A DNA stretch of 64,000 nt from Podarcis filfolensis (taxonomy: Eukaryota), in assembly GCA_964270895.1 (NCBI GenBank), contig OZ185436.1, one strand, 5' to 3'. Position numbers and translations under genes: made by a program. Numbering within the stretch: the stretch's first letter is position 1; each line of letters opens with the position of its first letter. Below, one piece after another: positions 1-7,630 of this stretch. The notes beneath the pieces are model-generated. The model had not been told where the DNA came from. It was given only the letters and a program-made list of their open reading frames with translations, and did not search any database.

Positions 1-105
1 CATGAAAGCTTGTTCCATAATAAATTGGTTAGTTTTTAAGGCACCACAAGTCTCTTTGTTGGTTTTTTCTGCTAAAGGATAACACATCTAAATCTCTGGA
101 AATCT
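1..105 (+). mobile_element. Penelope-like element (PLE) pseudo-LTR remnant, cut by the window edge
   Basis: catgaaagctt...aaattggttagtttttaaggcaccacaagtctctttg resembles the recalled reptile Penelope pLTR (cacgaaagcttatgc...ttagtctctaaggtgccacaagtactc). Assigned by recall only. Confidence 0.55.
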
Positions 106-1081
106 TGAACTACTTGGGTACCAAGCCACCTGTAGAAGCAGGTCCAGTTGCAGCCTTCTGGGGGCGAAGGGGAAGAGATATGTCCCATATTCAGTGTTCT
201 TTGGACTAGCCATCAAACAAGTTTCATACTGCTAAATCATAGGGAGGTAACAAATTATTTTCAATGCCTCTGTTGAGTCAAGACAGTGGGGCCCAAATGC
301 CTTTTATATTAGAATCATAATAGTAAATTGGCCTCTTCCGACCACCCGAGCAAAGCCTGAAGAGGCAACAGAGAGCCCACACTATAGCAGCTTGTCCCAC
401 ATGTGGCTCAGCATACTCTCTTAGATAAACTAGCTTCATGTTCCAGGTTTTGGCTGTTAGGTGCAAAAACTTCCCATTGTCAGGCTTTCTAGCTCTGACT
501 CTGTCTTTAGCTATGTGTGCAGCAAATTTCAACGTTCTGGGTGATCTGAAAAGACATTGCACTTCATATCCCATTTTTTGAAATCCGTTTTTAACAGATC
601 CATTTTTTAAAATGTATTTTTGGTAGGAGAAAATATGTAAAACATTTCAGCCTGCAACATCATGATATACCCTAAGTTATCCCATAAATGAGGCCTGTAT
701 GTCTATTTTATTCTCACCCACACTTCACCATAAGGTCTTAGTATGGGTTGCAGCAATTTAAAAATACAATATTAAAAACATAACAAAAGCATGCACCGAA
801 AAGAACCCGGCTGCTTAGTTCACATTAATAAAGAATATGGTTCTTTTCCACAAACCTCCTAAACCTACACTTCCCCCAGCTGACTTTTTCTCTGTCCATA
901 GCCTTTTCTGCTACATAGTCCTTAGCATCTCTATGACTTGTACCCATTTCTCATTTTTCAAACTTCTTCCAAAAGCTAGGTCCTATGCAAAGTTTTAATT
1001 CTAGCCAAAGCCATCTTTCTTTCAGAGGGTGGGAGTCATCTAATGAGTCTCATCAGCAGAAGCCCTGAACAAAATTAGTTT

Positions 1082-1124
1082 GGGTGGGTGGGTGGGAATC
1101 CCTGGGACAGTGGGGGGGGGGGGG
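1082..1124 (+). other. G-quadruplex motif (GGGT)3GGG followed by a G13 tract
   Basis: GGGtGGGtGGGtGGG at 1082-1096 (four G3 runs, 1-nt loops); poly-G at 1112-1124. Confidence 0.7.
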
Positions 1125-1742
1125 TTGTTCCTTTTGAACAAGCTGAAACGTGCTGATGAAACGATTGCTGGTTGCCTTAGCACAGCACCTGAATTCCTTC
1201 AAGATAATCTACATTCAAACAGTCTAACAGCTAAGTTTACTGATGAACTGGAATACTCTTGAACATTCTGTATCATCACACCAGCTCAGCCAATCAGTGC
1301 CATAGGCTTCACTACTACAGACAGAGTGTGATGTTCTCAGATCATGTTATTTTTGTGTTTTATTATCAGACTGAATGCTACAAGCAATTTCTTTCCAATC
1401 TCAAGATTATATACTACAATATATAAAATTTGGATATATAAAAGTGCTCAGAATGAGAACAGGGTAGGAAGAGACAAGCTGCATTACTTCTGCCTTAGTT
1501 CCCCTCTTGTAGAAAGAGAAATATTAAAGACTATCTCAGAGATGGTGGAACAAACAAATGAGCTGAACTTGCAAAGCACTTCGCATACTTAAAGAGATTG
1601 CAGGTATAAAAGTAATCATATCTGCACACCGTGGCTGAAGACTTAATCATGTTTTTTTTAGCTAGTTCTGTCCTTTAATTTACACATTTTTGTGGTCTTT
1701 TAACTGATTTATTATGTAAATGTACATCCATATAGATGTGCT

Positions 1743-1876
1743 CGGTGCTAATTTTTTAGAAAAAGAAGTGCCAAACTCGCCACGAACACCTCCCTCGTTC
1801 TCTTAGAATGGCAATGGTGCCTGCCTGAGAGCTGCTGGAACTGAGGTCTGGTGAGTTCTGGCTGAAAAAAGCCCTG
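1743..1876 (-). mobile_element. hAT-type MITE with 8-bp TSD
   Basis: Imperfect terminal inverted repeats (TIRs) cggtgctaatttttt / aaaaaagccctg. Flanks gatgtgct (1735-1742) and catgtgct (1877-1884), 7/8 identical. The internal sequence recurs at 23777-23865. Confidence 0.75.
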
Positions 1877-2479
1877 CATGTGCTTACTGAAGCATGGCAG
1901 GGTTTGCCATGGTTGGGCACCTGCCAAAGCCTACTCCGCAGAGGGTCCCCTACTGAGCACCAGAACTGCCTGTCTCTGCTGCTGCTGCTCTTCTTGCCAT
2001 TCCCACCAGCTCAATCCCTCCAGCCCAGAGGAGCAGGCCAAGTGAGCAGAAGGCCTGTTCAAAGGAATGGCCTTTCTCTCTGGACCCAGAGGCAGAGAAA
2101 GTAGCTGGCTGCGGGAAGGAGGGGAACCTCTGATGCATCAAAGCCTACTGATTAAAGCAGGGGTGTGAAAATGCAAGTCTGGAGGGGAGTGCCTGTTTCC
2201 AGCTATGGCTGGTTCAACAGCTTTGGCTCCTTTTGGACAGAGATGACTTGGCTATGGTACTCCATGCTTAGGCAACTTCCAAAGTGAACTATTGCATTGT
2301 GCTTTATGGTGACTAGGAAACTTCAGCTGGTACAAAACTGACCCCTGATGATGACTGGGAACTGGTCCAAAACAGAGTGGCCAAGTTACAGGGGTGCGGT
2401 TCCTTTTATAATTCATGTAACAGCTGCATTTGCTATCAGTTCATTTCTGGGCTCAATTGAAAGAGTTCATGGTAGTGTT

Positions 2480-2660
2480 TAAAGCCATAAATGGCTTATG
2501 CCCCAAATATCCAAAAGACCACCTCCTTCCCTACAGATGCATCCAGGTGTTAGGGGTGATGGTGCTCCGAGAGAGGGCATTCTTTGCAGCAGCTCCTATG
2601 TTCTGCAATTCCCTCCCCACAGAGGTGCAGATGGCTTCTTCACTACACAGCTTGGTCTTT
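2480..2660 (+). mobile_element. Degenerate L2/CR1-clade LINE fragment (region after the RT domain)
   Basis: Translates as VVFKAINGLCPKYPKDHLLPY...RERAFFAAAPMFCNSLP, matching the L2 C-terminal pattern FKALNGLGP.YL.D.L.PY...RAFS.AAP.LWNSLP. Confidence 0.6.
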
Positions 2661-2709
2661 GACATCTGAGATGTTTGTTTCCAGGACCCATCCTATTCTT
2701 GTGACGGTG

Positions 2710-2817
2710 ATGCTGCACCTGACATGCAGCTCTCACCTGCGGCTCCTAGTAGCTGTCAGCATTCGACAGCAGCCACACCCCAGAAACGGCTTCGAATGGC
2801 CGGCTAAACCAGGTGAG
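2710..2817 (+). ncRNA. Candidate HDV-like self-cleaving ribozyme (probably a degenerate copy)
   Basis: P2 CTCACCTG 2732-2739 / CAGGTGAG 2810-2817; P3 GGC 2741-2743 / GCT 2752-2754; L3 TCCTAGTA; P1 ATGCTG 2710-2715 / CAGCAT 2757-2762; P4 CAGCCA / TGGCCG; J4/2 GCTAAA with C2804. No GG for P1.1. Confidence 0.55.
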
Positions 2818-3361
2818 GGTAGCCAATGGGTCTCAAACCCTCGTTGAGTTAGGGGCTTCCCCTGCATGCAAAGACAGGCTCCGGCAGATTGAGTGGGCGA
2901 GACCAGTAGTGGGTCCAATGGTCAAGAAGGTGGTTTCTACACCTGCTACAGAGGGAAGTGAGGGGCAGATGGGGCTTGACAACATGGGAAAGTGCCCATC
3001 TAGAAGAAGTGAAACTCTGATCCTAAACCTCCACTGCCTTGCAAGATATCTTCGAGGGAAGACAAGGCTAAGGAGTAAACCCTACACAAATCTGGGCTGG
3101 AGTCCCTATGATGGTTGGATGGCACCTTACATGCCTCCTTCCAGCAACTCCTGCAGCCAAGCTGGTGCCAAACATACTGCTCTGCTTTCCTATGGAACAC
3201 ATAAATGAGGCTAAGAGGAGGGTCTTGTCATCTGGACAACCCATATACACTGCCCAGGCTTGCACTGTGGGGAAGTCACTTTGGTGCTGCTTATGCAGTG
3301 GTTTGTGTTTACCCTAGGAGGCACACTCCATTGTCTCTCGAAGCAGATGGTCGTCAACAAC
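2710..3361 (+). mobile_element. Non-autonomous non-LTR retroelement of RTE or Ingi/Vingi type (~650 bp)
   Basis: CpG-richer, non-coding body resembling recalled RTE/Vingi 5' regions (gcaactcctgcagccaagctggtgccaaac); ends in a (CAA)-type tail gtcaacaac; HDV-like fold at the 5' end. No clear TSD. Exact clade uncertain. Confidence 0.5.
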
Positions 3362-5680
3362 TGTCAGAGATTTGTGCTAGCACAAGAGATGCTACTATCT
3401 ATTATAAAACGATCACAAAAATCTGAATTGGTCTTCTAATGACATTGGGGAAACTAACAATTTCAAATAAAGCCAGCAGAGGGTGTAGTTGACTTGAGTT
3501 TTATGTCGTCTCCACTTTCTGACCTAATAAAGCATGTTTGTGTGTATGAGAGAGAGACTGGCACGCCTTTTCTCTTGTTAATTTAGGAAGGAGAGGCAAC
3601 CAAGGATTGCTCAGTCATGGCTGAAATCAGTACGCAATATATTAAAAGAGGGAAATCAGGTTGTTTGTTTAATTGGTGTATTTCTACATTTCTCAGGTAC
3701 TCTAGGGAGTAAAATCCTGAAGAAAATGGATTTAATGCACCACCGACACAAAGCTGCAGTTGTGGGAAGCAGGTGCTATGTGCCTTCTTCCTCTATAGTA
3801 AGGAGCCACACCAAACCCCCTTCCGCACGGGTTAGGGAAAACAAAGCAAAACCATCCTCAAACCTGGGAGATTTTTCTCTCACCTGTCACTGTGTTGGGT
3901 TCAGAGTAAATCCCCTCATTGTCACATGTGGTACAATATGGACACATTTGACTATGCTGCAGAATGCATTCCAGACAGATCAGACAGCACCCCCCCCCCA
4001 ATGTTGAATGTCAGGTGCTTGACGAAGACCTTTCTATTTCAGCAGGAATTTTAAGTAAGTTGTACTATGTCTATTTGTTGAACGTACATTTTCATTTGAC
4101 CTTTTCAATTTAAACATTGTGGTATGGATCACTTTGTTGATGGTTGTGTAAACCACTTTGTGACCATCTATGGTGAAAAACAGTCTGTAAATATGGAAAG
4201 TAAATAAATGTGTTTGGTGATTACCAAAATACATAGATACTCAAGAACCTTGGGGGTTTTTTTAATATAAAAAAATACCATTTACCTAGAGCTATTTAGA
4301 TGGAGGGTAGGCAGGCAGTGTTTTTAAAAAATAGCAGCAGCAGCTAGGATGTTTGGCTAATAAAGTTTCAGGAAATTGTGTTGATATAACTGTCTGGGTC
4401 ATGTTTATGCAGATTCAAATGCTCACCAACAGCACAGAAAATGCAAGGGAAGCGGTGTTACCGGATCAGACCAAGAGTCTTCCTTCCACCAGGATCCTTT
4501 GATTGTGGTTACTCCCAGATGCCTTCAAGAAATAATGATAGCACAGAGCTCTAACACAGGGATGGGGAACCAGTGGCCCTCCAGATGGACGACAACCCCC
4601 TTCATCGCAGAACACTGACTTTGCTATCTGGGGCTGACGGGGAGTTGGCATCCAACAATGTCTAGAGGGCCACAGGTTCCTCATTGCAGCTCCAAAAGAA
4701 TAATCCCACCCTTGCCATTGACTGCCTTGCACCTGAATGCTCAAGGGGAAACTTTAAATGAGGAAGAGCATTGTATTTCAGAGTTCTTGATATCCTTATT
4801 ACTCCTAAGCTCAGTGTCTGTTTTTAGCCAGCTACAGAAAAGTTTGGCTTCAAAACATTATCAGATGCCAACAGATAGCCCCATATTGCATCTTAACTTA
4901 GGAGAACTACATGTGTAGCATTGCAGTCGGGCAAATTAGTGGCAGCTTCTTCTCAGCCTTTGGGCTAAATTGCATGTAGTATATGACAAAATCCCCAGCC
5001 GTCTCCTTCCCTCCACCTTTACTTGCATTAATTTTCAACATATCTGTAGTTTTATTTCACTACACGTACTGTCATTCCACAGTGCATCATCCATTTCTTC
5101 TGTAACACAACAAATGACATTTGTTTGCTTCCCACCTTGGAAGCACTTGAGTGGCTGCGTGGATGCTATTAATTTATGCACCACCTTCAACTTGCAGCCC
5201 TATGCACATCAGTCACAAGTACAGTCCACTGAAATCAATGGTACAAAGTTCCCAGTAAATGAATCTAGGACTGGAGTGATAATGTGCAATGTTTCTCTCA
5301 AAGCAGCTCTGTAAGAGAGATCATGAATATTCCCATTTTGTGAAAGCCCAGCTGAGAGGGACTGACCTGGCTAAGCTTATGAGTTTATGCCTCAGGAGGA
5401 GTTTGAGCCATGGTCTCCTAGGAACAAATCTGACAATATTGCCCCCAGACTACAGTGTCTGTCATAAAAACCATGAGAGCATAAAAACCTACAGAAACTC
5501 AGCAGGGTGGCTGTCCTACAAAGATATGAAGGCAAAGGCATAAAGCAGAACATGGGAGCAAGAGAGGCTGTGTAACGACCGGGTGACAAGAACTTGAAGT
5601 GTGGCTTGTTTTCCAATCACAAGCCTCGCAGCAAAATAAAATAAACATCAACACTCTTTTGGGTGGTGCTTGAGTTTTCT

Positions 5681-5686
5681 TTTATT
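5681..5686 (-). terminator. Probable poly(A) signal of the RASD-like gene
   Basis: AATAAA on the minus strand ~820 nt after the stop, followed 25-45 nt later by a GT/T-rich tract (gtgttgatgtttattttattttg). Confidence 0.55.
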
Positions 5687-6501
5687 AGTTACAACCCTTG
5701 AAAAGTTGGAAATTAAAATCATACCTACTCAGGCACAGACTGACCCACTGGGTGACATGTACTTCTTTCCACAATGCAGAGGTGCTTCAGACAATGGTGA
5801 GCTCAGTTTAAACAAAGTCTGCACAAAAGCACATGCATGCAAATGGTCAATGCACACATTTGAAGCAAAACAAAAAACAAAACCCACTGTTTGGGGGGGA
5901 GGCAACACACACACTGGATGTTCAATAGGCACCAAAAATGTCTTTTCTTTCCCATCTTCAAGCATACCGTGTCTGTTCAGTCACTCAAAACACAAAGAAA
6001 TCAATGCAAAAGGGAAAGATAAGTAGGTGTCCCAGGAATTAAATGTTTCCTAAGTTCTTGCCTTCTAAGTTCATGCTATGGACCTTGTCAACATCAGCCA
6101 TGTTGCCTCAAAAACTGGTCTGTTCGGCCATTCATCTTTCACTCCTGGGGCATCCACTTCCATGACTTAAGGGACATATCTTCCAATTTATACAATAACA
6201 GCTTGGATCCGCAGAACAGACCAGAACTAGAGACATTACACTGTGCACAGCATCACAGGCTTCCCAATTCTTGGGCTGCACCTCAAAATCAAATGCACGG
6301 AATGGGCACAAACATTGGTGACTTTGGGGCACTAAAGCTGAAATTACTATGTCACGACGACAAGCCATCAAGGTTCACAAACAGCTCCTGAGCCCCAAAA
6401 TGACAGAGTGCCACAGTGCTGTTGTGGCAGGTGCAACCTGATCTCTAAACACAGGTCACCAAAGTTCTAAAAAACCCATGCAGCTATCATTCTCACATAG
6501 T

Positions 6502-7128
6502 TCAACAGACAGTACAACTATTGGCTTTGTTCATGGGGGGCCGCAGTGGGGGCTCCTTAGGGAAGGTCTCACGTCTCCTGCGGAGGGCAGGGCTCAGCCG
6601 GCTGGGCAGGTTGGCTTGATGAAGCAGCTCCCGGAAGACCTCCACCACGTTCTCGTTCTCCTTAGCAGATGCCTCCAGGAAACGGCTGTTCCAGTCAAGC
6701 TCCACCAAGGAGAGGGCGTCCTCGGGCAATACCTGTCTAAGCCCACCGGCTTCTGCCTTATTGCCCACCACTACGATGGGAGGGAACTTGTCCTCTTTCA
6801 GCTCAAGGATCTCCTCGTGCAAAGTCTTCACACACTCAAAGGACTCTGCATCATCCACAGCATAGATCAAAGCGAAGGCATCGCTGTTCTGGATGGAGAG
6901 TTTGCGCATCGCTGGGAAGGAGTAGCTACCACTGGTATCCAGAATCTCAACCTTGATGGTGGCTCCACTCACCTCAAACTCCTTGGTGTGCATCTCCTCT
7001 ACTGTTCGCCGATGCTTTGGCTCAAAAGTGTCCTGCAAGAAGCGCTGGATCAGGGCCGTCTTGCCGACCCCGGCTGCACCCAGAAACACTAGGCGCACTT
7101 GGCTCTTCTCCTTCACTGCCAAAGACAT
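6502..7128 (-). CDS. RASD4: Ras-family small GTPase, RASD/Rhes-like (rasd4-type), 208 aa, intronless CDS
   Basis: MSLAVKEK...NSCTVC*. G1 GAAGVGKT 7057-7080, G2 RRTVEE, G3 DTSGS 6925-6939, G4 NKAE 6751-6762, G5 EASAK, C-terminal CaaX-like CTVC; ATG context accATG. The symbol is tentative, from recalled similarity to fish rasd4 and bird 'Rhes-like' proteins. Confidence 0.9.
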   Translation of the reverse strand: MSLAVKEKSQVRLVFLGAAGVGKTALIQRFLQDTFEPKHRRTVEEMHTKEFEVSGATIKVEILDTSGSYSFPAMRKLSIQNSDAFALIYAVDDAESFECVKTLHEEILELKEDKFPPIVVVGNKAEAGGLRQVLPEDALSLVELDWNSRFLEASAKENENVVEVFRELLHQANLPSRLSPALRRRRETFPKEPPLRPPMNKANSCTVC

Positions 7129-7359
7129 GGTTCTGTGCCTGTCAGTGTGGATGTGTTGGCTTGGGCGGAAGGGGAGACAAGTTGCTTTTAAGTCCTCAAC
7201 GTGTGATGAAGCAATGTGTGCCTGGTCTTTATGTGACCCGGCTTCAGAGAGCAGCGTCTCCTTCCCCAGTAGCTCTGCAAGTTCGCCTCCACGCTCTTTG
7301 CTCATCAACTTCTCCCGGCTGAATTGCTGCTGTGTGCACAGCATCCCAGCTCATCTTTC

Positions 7360-7630
7360 CATTTATTTACACTCCCTCCTGCCACACTGCACACACACAC
7401 AGTCTCGACTGTCTCCTCCAATCTCTGCTGTGGGGAATATGTGTGGAGGGAGGAGTGCAGGAAATGAAGGATGCTCTGGGCCAATCAGCTGAGCGCTGTC
7501 CTTGAAATCCATCCCCAGCACCTGGAGAGAGAGAAACTGCACTAGCACACATCGAACACAGCTCACTCCGCGGCTGGTTACTAGAGAGAGCTTGGCTGCC
7601 TCTCAGCTGCTTTGCATAATGCAAAGCATA
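7360..7630 (-). promoter_or_regulatory. Candidate proximal regulatory region of the RASD-like gene
   Basis: TATA-like gtaaataaat (minus, ~7361-7370), CCAAT at 7481-7485 and a perfect 19-bp palindrome at 7609-7627. Motif inspection only. Confidence 0.3.

Noticed and set aside
3930-3990. Cys pattern CLECILQHSQMCPYC resembling the second half of a RING finger
   Set aside because: An in-frame TGA lies at 4011-4013, there is no usable acceptor, and the first half of the RING is missing; probably chance in a TG-rich tract.
6478-7492. Plus-strand ORFs of 204 aa (6478-7092) and 179 aa (6953-7492)
   Set aside because: Antisense shadows of the GC-rich GTPase CDS; no recognisable domains.
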